Shown here piece after piece: positions 7,624-16,515 of a stretch of 32,000 bases of DNA (positions within the stretch are counted from its first letter, which is position 1; the number at the start of each line of letters is the position of its first letter). The notes below the pieces were generated by a model, which did not search any database, was not told the DNA's origin, and saw nothing but the letters and a program-made list of their open reading frames with translations. The position numbers and the translations under genes are program-made. Where the stretch lies: positions 3,150,001-3,182,000 of the forward strand of contig CP091279.1 in the NCBI GenBank assembly GCA_021650915.1. Direction: 5' to 3'. Source of the stretch: Candidatus Brocadia sp. (lineage in GTDB: Bacteria; Planctomycetota; Brocadiia; Brocadiales; Brocadiaceae).

Positions 7624-8739
7624 ATGGTCAAAACAAAGAAAAAACGGGGAGGGTTATGGCGGAAACATCCCTTCCCTTATTATTTGAATAAAAAGATCCG
7701 CGGTCTGCTCATGAGGACGATCAACCTGTTTCTGGGTGAGGTAAGGAAGGAAAAAGTCAGTCTCCCAGGAGAGGAGATAAAAAAGATCTTGCTGGTGCGA
7801 ATCAACTTTCGCATAGGCAATGCCATCCTGGCAATACCGGCCATAAGTATATTTCAGAAAAATTTTCCCCATGCCAGGATTGATTTTGCCGGAGCCCCTG
7901 TATCAGGAGTGCTGTATCAGCACCTGCCTGTTAACCAGCGCTATAGCATAACCCGTAAATTCCCAGGTATTTTATGGTCATATTTTTCTCTCTTATACAA
8001 AATCCGGTCTATGAAGTATGATCTGGCAGTTGATGTGAGTTGTTCACAGTCGATGACGAGTTCTCTTGTTGTGGGATTTTCCGGAGCACGTATTCGTGCC
8101 GGATCTCAGGGAAAATGGGATTACTGGTTTACTATTTCCGTCCCAAGACCAGCCGAAACAAATAAGTATAAAGTGTTGCCCGTATTTTTTCGCACCATGG
8201 GAATGGAAACACAGCAGATATTACCACAACTGATATTGTCTCCCGAAGAAAAGGCCAAAGGGAAAGGGAAGGTAATGGCACTCATAGAGCTGAATCACGT
8301 TCCGATCGTTGGAGTTTTTGTTGGGGGAAGAAAGTCTAAAGGGAAAAAATGGCCGGTAGAAAATTTCCTGGAACTGATTACCACCCTTCGTGCTCAGGGG
8401 ATGCGTGTCATCGTTTTTTTTGGACCCGACGAGAAAGAATTGATGGTATTGTTTAGACAATCCCTGGGGAAAGATGTTCCCCTTGTTTTTGAATCCTCTT
8501 TGAGAATATTTGCATCCATGGTCGCGCATTGCAATCTCTTCATTGCCTGTGATAGTGGTCCCATGCACCTCTCCTGTGCCCTGGGTGTGCGTACCATTGC
8601 ACTCTTTCTCAAGGGCAATTTTCATCACTGGGGTCCTCCTCCGGAGATTGCACACATCATTTACCGTACAGAAGGAATCCGGGTCGAAGATATTGTGGAA
8701 GTCGCTGTTGCTGAGGTGGGTAACGTCACGCCTTCTTAA
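7624..8739 (+). CDS. Glycosyltransferase family 9 (LPS heptosyltransferase-like)
   Basis: ILLVRINFRIGNAILAIPAI near the N-terminus and CDSGPMHLSCALGVRTIALF near the C-terminus. The basic N-terminal extension is about 55 aa, so the true start is uncertain. Confidence 0.8.
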   Translation: MVKTKKKRGGLWRKHPFPYYLNKKIRGLLMRTINLFLGEVRKEKVSLPGEEIKKILLVRINFRIGNAILAIPAISIFQKNFPHARIDFAGAPVSGVLYQHLPVNQRYSITRKFPGILWSYFSLLYKIRSMKYDLAVDVSCSQSMTSSLVVGFSGARIRAGSQGKWDYWFTISVPRPAETNKYKVLPVFFRTMGMETQQILPQLILSPEEKAKGKGKVMALIELNHVPIVGVFVGGRKSKGKKWPVENFLELITTLRAQGMRVIVFFGPDEKELMVLFRQSLGKDVPLVFESSLRIFASMVAHCNLFIACDSGPMHLSCALGVRTIALFLKGNFHHWGPPPEIAHIIYRTEGIRVEDIVEVAVAEVGNVTPS

Positions 8740-8761
8740 TTTCTCTTTTTATCCTTTTTCT

Positions 8762-9757
8762 ATGATTGCCCTGAATTTTATCATTATAAACTGGAACACG
8801 AGACAATTATTACTCGATTGTATCAGTTCCGTTTATACAACGGTCACCGGCCTTAAGTACCAGATATACGTCGTTGACAATGGTTCTCAGGATGAAAGCA
8901 TTAAAGCCGTGCATGACCAATTTCCCCGGGTTTGCGTGATAGAAAACCGGGAGAACAGGGGATTTGCTGCCGCCGTGAACCAGGCATTGGAGAAAAATAG
9001 CACCGCAGATGCGTATAGTGTGTTACTCAATACCGATACCCTTTTACAGAGAGGCGCCATATCGGAAATGTATTCATTCATGGAACAGCATAAAGACGCC
9101 GGAATTGCTGGCGCACAATTGCAGAAACCCGACGGCACACGGCAGCATAGCTATGATAATTATCCGACCCTGGCAACGGAACTTTTTAACAAGAGTTTAT
9201 TGCGATGGCTCTTTCCCAAAAAATATCCCAGCAAAAAGGCGCAGGCAACGCAACCGGTGGAAGTAGAATCCGTTATCGGGGCATGTATGATGATAAGGAA
9301 CAAGGCGATAGAGGATGTTGGGAAATTGGATGAAGCTTACTTCTTTTTCCTCGAGGAAACCGATTGGTGTTATCGCATGCAAAAGGCAGGCTGGAAAGTG
9401 TATCATATACCGGACGCAAGGGTTATTCATCTGGGTGGACAGAGCAAGAAGAGAGCTCCCTGGCAATCGCAGGTGGAGTATTGCCGTTCCTTGTATCTGT
9501 TTTTTAGGAAAAACAGAAGCGCCTTTTCATATCTCATGCTTCGAATATTCTATCTGGTAAAAATTAGTCTGAATTTAGCCGTAAATGCCGTGGGTAATGT
9601 GTTGCTGTTCTTTCAGAATAAAAAATTACGCTACCGGCTGTCAATATACTACAAACTCTTTTTGTGGCATCTTTTCTTATGCCCCGATGGGATGGGTTTA
9701 AAACCCCCGAACTCGAACAACAAGTGGCAAGAGAAAATTCATCATTCATCGCGTTAA
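8762..9757 (+). CDS. Glycosyltransferase family 2 (WbbL/rhamnosyltransferase-like)
   Basis: IIINWNTRQLL..VVDNGSQDES..NRGFAAAVNQ..LLNTDT..EETDWCYR. ATG 8762 is chosen; the track's 8510 start lies inside the GT9 gene. Confidence 0.85.
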   Translation: MIALNFIIINWNTRQLLLDCISSVYTTVTGLKYQIYVVDNGSQDESIKAVHDQFPRVCVIENRENRGFAAAVNQALEKNSTADAYSVLLNTDTLLQRGAISEMYSFMEQHKDAGIAGAQLQKPDGTRQHSYDNYPTLATELFNKSLLRWLFPKKYPSKKAQATQPVEVESVIGACMMIRNKAIEDVGKLDEAYFFFLEETDWCYRMQKAGWKVYHIPDARVIHLGGQSKKRAPWQSQVEYCRSLYLFFRKNRSAFSYLMLRIFYLVKISLNLAVNAVGNVLLFFQNKKLRYRLSIYYKLFLWHLFLCPDGMGLKPPNSNNKWQEKIHHSSR

Positions 9758-11098
9758 CGTACCAAACAGAGTAAGGTCTGTTGCCTCATGTATCAAAACA
9801 TTTACCAGTCTTCCCACGAAATCCAGCGAGCCATTGAAAACGACGATGTGGTTTTGCCGGGTACGGCCTGATAATTTATTTGTATCCGACTTGCTGGCTC
9901 CTTCTGCAAGCACCTGCACTACCCTCCCGATCAGCTTCTTGTTCTCTTCGAGGCTGATGCCTTTTTGCAATTCCAGCAGTTTCATATTTCGCGCTCTTTT
10001 TATCTCATCGGACACGTCATCCTTGAGTCCGGCTGCTTTTGTGCCGGTACGAGGGGAGTACTTGAAGATGAAACAGTTCTGGAAACGTATCTCTTCCATG
10101 AGCCGGACGGTTTCCTGGAAATCCGCATCCGTTTCACCCGGAAAGCCCACAATGAAGTCGCTGGCTACCATGATATGGGGAATCAGTTCCCTTGCATACG
10201 AGATCAAATCACGGTAATAGCTTACAGAATAGCCGCGCCGCATTCTAGCAAGGATTTGATCGGAGCCCGATTGTGCAGGCATGTGCAAGTGTTCACAGAC
10301 CTTTCCCAAACGGCTTATGGTGCGGATGAGGTCGCGGGACATGTCGGCAGGATGAGAGGTCACAAACCGAATCCGTTCGAGCCCAGCCAGGTCGTCCAAT
10401 TCGGATAGCAGGTCTCCCAGGGTAACGCCTCCCGGCAGGCCTTTTCCATACGAATTAATATTTTGTCCCAGGAGGGTAATCTCTTTGCAGCCGTTTGAGA
10501 CAAGGGATTGCACCTCTTCTTTTACATCGGCGATAGTGCGGCTAATCTCCCGTCCGCGCACGTAGGGCACGATACAATAAGAACAATAGTTATCGCAGCC
10601 CCGCATAACCGTAACGAATGCCTGATACCTGTTCGGCCGGTATGCCACAGCCCTTTTTACGTTAACGATGTGATCTTCGTCTATGGCAAGGACATGCGAT
10701 CCGTGATTTCTGATGTTAAGAATCAGTTCTGGCAGACGTGAAAACATACGGGTGCCGCAGACCAGGTCTACATGGGGCATACGCTTAAAAATTGCCTCCC
10801 CGTCTTTTTGTGCCATGCAACCGAGGACGCCCACAATAACTTCAGGGCGTTTTTTCTTTAATGTCTTCAGTGCTCCCAAATGAGAATACACCTTGTCTTC
10901 CGCATGCTGGCGTACGCTGCAGGTATTGAATAAAATCACATCTGCCTCATCAACTGCATCGACAATCTTGTAGCCATCTTCCTGCAACAACCCTAACGAA
11001 AGCTCAGCATCGAGCTTATTCATCTGACAGCCAAAGGTTTCAAAAAAAACGGTCTTGCAGAGGGTGTCGTTATTAAGATTATGAGAAGTAGTAATCAT
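9746..11098 (-). CDS. miaB: tRNA-2-methylthio-N6-dimethylallyladenosine synthase MiaB (radical SAM methylthiotransferase)
   Basis: FFETFGCQMNKLDAE (UPF0004 domain), radical-SAM CDNYCSYCIVPYVRGRE, C-terminal TRAM-like region; 450 aa. Confidence 0.93.
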   Translation of the reverse strand: MITTSHNLNNDTLCKTVFFETFGCQMNKLDAELSLGLLQEDGYKIVDAVDEADVILFNTCSVRQHAEDKVYSHLGALKTLKKKRPEVIVGVLGCMAQKDGEAIFKRMPHVDLVCGTRMFSRLPELILNIRNHGSHVLAIDEDHIVNVKRAVAYRPNRYQAFVTVMRGCDNYCSYCIVPYVRGREISRTIADVKEEVQSLVSNGCKEITLLGQNINSYGKGLPGGVTLGDLLSELDDLAGLERIRFVTSHPADMSRDLIRTISRLGKVCEHLHMPAQSGSDQILARMRRGYSVSYYRDLISYARELIPHIMVASDFIVGFPGETDADFQETVRLMEEIRFQNCFIFKYSPRTGTKAAGLKDDVSDEIKRARNMKLLELQKGISLEENKKLIGRVVQVLAEGASKSDTNKLSGRTRQNHIVVFNGSLDFVGRLVNVLIHEATDLTLFGTLTR

Positions 11099-11265
11099 AG
11101 ATACCTGTATACTATTATTGAATAAAGATTTTTATGCAGTGCTATGGCTTGTTCAAGGGAAACAGCCTTTTTTACCAAGTTATGAACAATTTTCTCAGCT
11201 TCTATCAATAAGTTTACGCAGATAAGGTTAAAATTGGAAGAGGAATGTTTTTCATAAGGAAATAT

Positions 11266-11294
11266 TTGCAACGGAGAATAAAATATGCTACAAA
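11266..11294 (+). promoter_or_regulatory. Sigma-70-type promoter candidate for the GT87-like gene
   Basis: TTGCAA, a 17-bp spacer ending in TGc, then TACAAA. About 50 bp upstream of ATG 11344. Confidence 0.35.
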
Positions 11295-11343
11295 TCTATT
11301 CCTGTCCAGTCCATGAAAAGAAGCAAGGCGGAGAAATGATGGG

Positions 11344-12594
11344 ATGAACCTGAAAACAAATCAGCAAAAGCGCACCTATAAAGTTCTTATAATCATATTT
11401 GCAGTTATTATTCTGGTGTTTTGCGTCCTGCCTGTTTGTAACTATTTCCGCGGCAGTACCAAGGACTACGGCAGGTTTTATCAGGCAGGTCAGAGTATGC
11501 TTTCTGGTGGAGATATTTATATCAAGGGAGGTGAAACATTCCAGTTCCTGTATCCGCCCACTGCTGCCGTTCTTTATGCCCTTATGAGCATCTTTGGGTT
11601 CCTTCCCATGATTATCCTTTTTGTCATGACAAATGCGGCGTTGTGGATTGTGAGTATTTTCTTGTCGGTGTATCTGACTACCGGAAAGATCATGATGCAG
11701 CATCCCCTGCTCTATCTCGTGCCAACCGCATGTTGTATCCCGTTTGTCTGGGACATTTTTCAATTGGGACAACCAAATTTGTGGCTGCTGGCGTGCATGC
11801 TTGGCGCATTTGTCTGTCTTCAGTTGAAAAAGGAGTGGCCGGCGGGCGTTTTAATCGCATTTGCAGCATCCCTGAAGGCATTTCCCATCCTTGCCCTGGT
11901 ATATTTGCTCTACCGGCAGCGGTGGAGGGCATCATTGTCTACCGTGGTATTTTTGATCTTTTTTCTCGCCGTGTTACCGATTCCGTTTCGTGGAGTACAA
12001 CGCAATTTTCAGGATCTTAAAACCTGGACTAATGGCATGGTTTTGCGTTATGATACCGGTTCGATTGCCCAGCGCCCCGGCCGTGGGTACGGCTGGAAGA
12101 ATCAGTCTCTCATTGCCGTTGCAAACCGGCTGTTGCGCCCGGTGGACGCCTTTCATTCAAAAAGCAATCCCGTTTACGTAAATATAGCAAATCTTGAATT
12201 TAAATACCTTAATATCATTATCATTGCCACAGCTATGGGTCTTTGCCTCTTTTATATCGGCTCAATGCCGCGCCCTGCACAGCGAACCCTGCACACCGAC
12301 TCGATTGAATATGCTATGCTGCTGATATTGATTCTGATCTTTACGCCGTTGTCATTTACGTACTTTTACGTCTGGCTTTTATATCCGCTCATGGTAGCGG
12401 TCAATACCCTGTTGTCCCTGACATACCCATCACGGGCAGGAAATCTGGCATTTATCTGGTTTGTAGTATGTCTGCTCCTCCTCAGTTTTATGTTGCCAAT
12501 ACCGGGATTTCGCTGGTTTGCGGCAATCGGCAGTACTTTGGGTGCATGTGTATTATTGCTGGGAGGGCTTGGCTGGAAGCTGCGTCATTCGTGA
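11344..12594 (+). CDS. Polytopic membrane glycosyltransferase, GT87/DUF2029-like (GT-C fold)
   Basis: About 10 or more hydrophobic segments. First-loop pattern GGDIYIKGGETFQFLYPPTAAVLYALM and KAFPILALVYLL resemble the DUF2029 family. Assigned by pattern only. Confidence 0.55.
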   Translation: MNLKTNQQKRTYKVLIIIFAVIILVFCVLPVCNYFRGSTKDYGRFYQAGQSMLSGGDIYIKGGETFQFLYPPTAAVLYALMSIFGFLPMIILFVMTNAALWIVSIFLSVYLTTGKIMMQHPLLYLVPTACCIPFVWDIFQLGQPNLWLLACMLGAFVCLQLKKEWPAGVLIAFAASLKAFPILALVYLLYRQRWRASLSTVVFLIFFLAVLPIPFRGVQRNFQDLKTWTNGMVLRYDTGSIAQRPGRGYGWKNQSLIAVANRLLRPVDAFHSKSNPVYVNIANLEFKYLNIIIIATAMGLCLFYIGSMPRPAQRTLHTDSIEYAMLLILILIFTPLSFTYFYVWLLYPLMVAVNTLLSLTYPSRAGNLAFIWFVVCLLLLSFMLPIPGFRWFAAIGSTLGACVLLLGGLGWKLRHS

Positions 12595-12652
12595 AAGCCC
12601 CTTTCCGGCAGTGTACTCACTCATTGTCATCCGAGCAGTCTGAAAACCCGTA

Positions 12653-14293
12653 ATGAGTTTTAAAAAAATGAATTCAACGACCGCTGTTAACAACACCCGT
12701 TTAATAGCAACCGGTATTCTCCTCTTTACCGCCTTTCTCTTCCTGTTCAATATCGGCAAACGGGACTTGTGGGCGCCAGATGAGCCCCGTTATGCACAAG
12801 TTTCAAAAGAGATGAGGGATACCGGTAATTTTGTTGTTCCACACCTGAATAGCGCCCCCTATCCGGATAAACCTCCGCTCCTCTTCTGGGTTATTAATCT
12901 GTTTTCGCTTCCTTTCGGCAAGATTACCGCATTATCGTCACGCTTGCCCTCTGCCTTTGCAGGGATCGGCTGTTGCCTGGCCATATTTTATTTTGGCAAA
13001 CGTTTGCACCGAAACACGCGGATTGGACTCCTGTCGGCGCTTATCCTTGCTACCAGCACGAAGTTTCTCTGGATGGCGCATCGCGTTGCATTTGACGTCC
13101 TCCTCACGTTTTTCGTGACCATGGCAATCATCTGTTTTCAGAAAGGATATACGGAACAAAAAAATGCGGGACGGTACTATATCTTATTTTATGTATGCAT
13201 GGCCCTGGGAGTGCTCACCAAAGGGCCTGTTGGCCTTATCCTTCCTTTTGGCGTGGTAGTAACCTATCTCATTCTGAAAAAGGACGTCAAGACATTAAAG
13301 GAAACCCAGCCCTGGATAGGGGGAATGCTGTTTGTTTTGATAGTATTTACCTGGGTCTGTATGGCAGGTGTCTACGGCGGCAAGGCCTATACCTACCAGA
13401 TATTGTTCAACCAGAATGTTGGAAGGTTCGCCAGTTCTTTTGCCCATCAACGGCCATTTTATTACTATTTCATCTATTTTCCGGTCAACTTTTTACCCTG
13501 GAGCGTTTTTATTCCAAGCATTGCAATGTTTCTGGCTTCTTCCAAAGGACGGAAAAAGATACGGGATCTTTTGTTGCCTCTCGTTTGGTTTGGAGTCGTT
13601 TTCGTTTTCTTTTCAATAGTGTCAGGCAAGAGGGATATCTATGTCCTTCCGTTATATCCCGCGGCATCCCTGCTTACCGCCTGGTTTTTGAATGAATTTA
13701 TTGAGCAAGTTCGGGAAAAATCTTTTAAAAAAATGGGGTACTATCCGTGCTTTTTTCTCTGTGGCCTATCGCTGGTGTCAGGAATATGTTTGCCGGTTGT
13801 GGTATATAGCATTTACCCCCGGTATTTGTCGCTGGCTATTCCTCTTGCCGTTATTCTTTTTTTGGGCGGTATTTTCCTGTTGCGATTGATAAAGCATGCA
13901 AGGATAATTCCCTTTCTTTTTATCCTCTTCTTTATGATCCTGATCATATTTAATCTGAGTACCTTGAAGGTGATTCCGGTACTGAATCAGTATAAATCTG
14001 CAAGAGAAATTTGCGACAAGGCCAATTCCGTAATAAAACCCGGGGAGCGGTTGGCACTGTACAATTTCTTTCGGGATCCTTACCTGTTCTATACCGACAG
14101 AAATTATCTCGAGATCATCCAGGGTGTGGACAACTTGCGGCAATTTCTGAATGGACAAGAACGGGTGTTTCTTTTTATCCAGGAGAAGGATTTCAAGGAA
14201 GTTTCAAAATTTTCTGAAATAGCCGTCTTCGCGCTGGCAAAAGACTCTGTTGGGCATAGAGATGTTATCCTTGTCTCAAACAGGGATAAATAA
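12653..14293 (+). CDS. ArnT/PMT-family (GT83/GT39) polyprenyl-phosphate-sugar-dependent glycosyltransferase
   Basis: Signature first loop RDLWAPDEPRYAQVSKEMRDTGNFVVPHLNSAPYPDKPPLLFW, then many TM segments and a soluble C-terminal domain. Confidence 0.8.
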   Translation: MSFKKMNSTTAVNNTRLIATGILLFTAFLFLFNIGKRDLWAPDEPRYAQVSKEMRDTGNFVVPHLNSAPYPDKPPLLFWVINLFSLPFGKITALSSRLPSAFAGIGCCLAIFYFGKRLHRNTRIGLLSALILATSTKFLWMAHRVAFDVLLTFFVTMAIICFQKGYTEQKNAGRYYILFYVCMALGVLTKGPVGLILPFGVVVTYLILKKDVKTLKETQPWIGGMLFVLIVFTWVCMAGVYGGKAYTYQILFNQNVGRFASSFAHQRPFYYYFIYFPVNFLPWSVFIPSIAMFLASSKGRKKIRDLLLPLVWFGVVFVFFSIVSGKRDIYVLPLYPAASLLTAWFLNEFIEQVREKSFKKMGYYPCFFLCGLSLVSGICLPVVVYSIYPRYLSLAIPLAVILFLGGIFLLRLIKHARIIPFLFILFFMILIIFNLSTLKVIPVLNQYKSAREICDKANSVIKPGERLALYNFFRDPYLFYTDRNYLEIIQGVDNLRQFLNGQERVFLFIQEKDFKEVSKFSEIAVFALAKDSVGHRDVILVSNRDK

Positions 14294-14407
14294 CGGTTAT
14301 GACAGACAATGTTCCTGGAGAACCCTTCTGGTGCGTTTCTCAACAGACACCACCTTTTTATGGTAATTAACTGCTCTTGTAAATCGTCCCGGGAAGAACG
14401 GAAGATG

Positions 14408-14440
14408 CGGATTCTATGTCCCGCTCCGGAAATCCGTTTT
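14408..14440 (+). terminator. Weak terminator candidate after the ArnT-like gene
   Basis: CGGATT (14408-14413) pairs with AATCCG (14431-14436), followed by TTTT (14437-14440). The stem is short and the loop is 17 nt. Confidence 0.3.
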
Positions 14441-14444
14441 GAAT

Positions 14445-14473
14445 TTGACATAAGAATAAAATATGAGTAGTAT
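14445..14473 (+). promoter_or_regulatory. Sigma-70-type promoter candidate for aprA-like/aprB-like/sat
   Basis: TTGACA (14445-14450), 17-bp spacer, TAGTAT (14468-14473). 34 bp upstream of ATG 14507. Confidence 0.45.
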
Positions 14474-14506
14474 TACTTTTTTTATAGCTTTTCGATTTTC
14501 TGCACT

Positions 14507-16183
14507 ATGGGTATATTCCATATAGACACTGATATCTTGATCGTTGGCGGCGGGGCGGCGGGATGTTTTGCTGCGGTGGAGATTTACAAGAAATCTCCCG
14601 GCTGCCGGGTGATTATTATGGAAAAGGCACACATCGAGCGCAGTGGGTGTCTGGCCATGGGGCTGAATGCCATCAATGCATATTTACATGAGGGCCAAAC
14701 ACCTGATTCCTATGTTGCATATGTTGAACGGCAGTTTGAGGGCATTATCAGAAAGGATCTTGTCTACAGCATTGTCCGGGGACTTAATGATGCAGTCAAA
14801 GACGTGGAAAAGATGGGGCTGCCCATAGAAAAGAACGAAGATGGCACCTATAAAATGCGCGGGAAACGCAGTATTCGTATTTTTGGCGAACGGTTAAAAC
14901 CTATCCTTGCGGAGGCCGTGCAAAAAACACCCGCCCGGGTTTTTAATCGTGTTGTGGCAACCAATTTTATTTACGACAATACCCGTGTTTGCGGGGCGTT
15001 TGGCTTTGGGATTCGGGATGGCATTTTTTATGCCATCAGGGCAAAAGCCGTTATTGTTGCTACCGGCGGAGCTTCGGGTATCTATAAACCGCATAATGCC
15101 GGGGAGGCACGGCATCTTCTGTGGTATTGTCCCTGGAATGCAGGGGCAGGATACGCCATGGGAATCCGGATCGGGGCGGAAATGACGAGTTTTGAGAACC
15201 GGTTTATTGCCTTGAGGGTGAAGGATGTGAATGCTCCAACCGGCACGATTGCTGTGGGAGCACGGTCAAAGCAGATTAACGCACGCGGGGAAGACTACCT
15301 CGAACAATACTATAAACATTGGGGAGGAAACAAGTGCCTGACACAGCACCGGCTGCTGGCAACCATCGAGGAAAAGAAGCTTGGCCGGGGACCCTGCTAT
15401 CTGAACACAACCACGTTAACTGAAGAGGAAGAAAGAAGACTCAAGGAAGATTTTTTAAATATGAATCCCCAGATTGTCCTTTTGTGGGCAACAAAAGAAA
15501 TGAATCCGCGAAAGAAGCCAGTTGAAATCTGTGGCACCGAACCTTTCCTTGTAGGTGGCCACTGTCAGGCGGGTTATTGGATCGATAAAGACAGGCGGAC
15601 AACGATTCCCGGTCTGTATGCTGCAGGAGAGGTCGCAGGTGGTGCACCAAAAAAATATGTAAGCGGAAGTTGGGTCGAGGCGCGTATTGCGGCGACTACA
15701 GCGTTGGAGGATATAAAGGAAGTGCATCTGGTAAATCCGGATGAAGACGCAATCCGGCAGGAAAAGACCAGGGTTCTGCAGCCTTTGTCAAGAAAGACAG
15801 GCATATTGCCGTCTGAAGCGCGGGAACGACTTCAAAAGATTATGGATGAATACGCCGGTGGGATCTCCATGAACTATGAACTTCATGAAGAAAGATTGCT
15901 GGAGGCAAGGCGATTGCTCACCTGCCTCAAGGATCGCATGAAAGATATGTTGGCCGTGGATCGTTATTCTCTGGTTGAGACATTGGAATGCATTGACCGG
16001 GTTGATGTCGCACGGGTATTGGTAGAACACCTGATCTATCGCAAGGAAACAAGATGGGCATGCTATCAGACCCGACTGGATTATCCGGAGAAAGACAACA
16101 ACCGCTGGCTTACGTTTGTAAATTCTGTCTATAATCCGAAGACGGACGAGACGCTCATGATAGAAAGGCCCTTGTGCGCATGA
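14507..16183 (+). CDS. aprA: Adenylylsulfate (APS) reductase alpha-subunit-like FAD flavoprotein, short form (558 aa)
   Basis: N-terminal dinucleotide fold DILIVGGGAAGCFAA and a fumarate-reductase/AprA-type flavoprotein layout (GLYAAGEVAGG near the C-terminal third). Context: directly followed by a 2x[4Fe-4S] AprB-like gene and sat. Confidence 0.7.
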   Translation: MGIFHIDTDILIVGGGAAGCFAAVEIYKKSPGCRVIIMEKAHIERSGCLAMGLNAINAYLHEGQTPDSYVAYVERQFEGIIRKDLVYSIVRGLNDAVKDVEKMGLPIEKNEDGTYKMRGKRSIRIFGERLKPILAEAVQKTPARVFNRVVATNFIYDNTRVCGAFGFGIRDGIFYAIRAKAVIVATGGASGIYKPHNAGEARHLLWYCPWNAGAGYAMGIRIGAEMTSFENRFIALRVKDVNAPTGTIAVGARSKQINARGEDYLEQYYKHWGGNKCLTQHRLLATIEEKKLGRGPCYLNTTTLTEEEERRLKEDFLNMNPQIVLLWATKEMNPRKKPVEICGTEPFLVGGHCQAGYWIDKDRRTTIPGLYAAGEVAGGAPKKYVSGSWVEARIAATTALEDIKEVHLVNPDEDAIRQEKTRVLQPLSRKTGILPSEARERLQKIMDEYAGGISMNYELHEERLLEARRLLTCLKDRMKDMLAVDRYSLVETLECIDRVDVARVLVEHLIYRKETRWACYQTRLDYPEKDNNRWLTFVNSVYNPKTDETLMIERPLCA

Positions 16184-16509
16184 GTATCTTTATTGACGAA
16201 ACTATCTGTAACGGGTGCAAAGGGTTAGCCGAGGCGCGATGTGAACGTATCTGTCCGGGCGATCTGTGCTATCGTAAAGAAAACACGAAGGCAGCGATTC
16301 GTGACCAGTCGGCTTGCTGGACATGTGCCGGTTGCGTAAAGGAATGCCCGGTACAGGCAATTGAGTTGAGACTTCCTTTCCAGATCTGCAGTAACGGTTC
16401 TTCCCTGAAAGCGCGGTTAAAACACGACAAAACGACGTGGACGATCTGGGATGCCGAAGGACATCAGGAAAATTTTATTATTCAGGCAAGATGTTTGAAA
16501 GGAGATTAA
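16180..16509 (+). CDS. aprB: APS reductase beta-subunit-like 2x[4Fe-4S] ferredoxin, short form (109 aa)
   Basis: CNGCKGLAEARCERICP (the CxxCx7CxxxCP spacing typical of AprB) and CWTCAGCVKECP. The ATG at 16180 overlaps the aprA-like stop as ATGA; GTG 16174 is an alternative start. Confidence 0.65.
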   Translation: MSIFIDETICNGCKGLAEARCERICPGDLCYRKENTKAAIRDQSACWTCAGCVKECPVQAIELRLPFQICSNGSSLKARLKHDKTTWTIWDAEGHQENFIIQARCLKGD

Positions 16510-16515
16510 GGAAAG

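Noticed and set aside
8276-8291. A second sigma-54-like match, TGGCAC-N5-GAGC. Looser TGGCA hits occur at 14053, 25187 and 29374
   Set aside because: The 8276 site is inside the GT9 coding region and lacks the TTGC -12 element. The others have wrong spacing or no -12 GC.
14294-14506. I looked for a SAM/S-box or other sulfur riboswitch, or a T-box, upstream of the aprA-like/sat unit
   Set aside because: No S-box or T-box conserved core is recognisable by eye. The predicted TSS leaves only a leader of about 30 nt.
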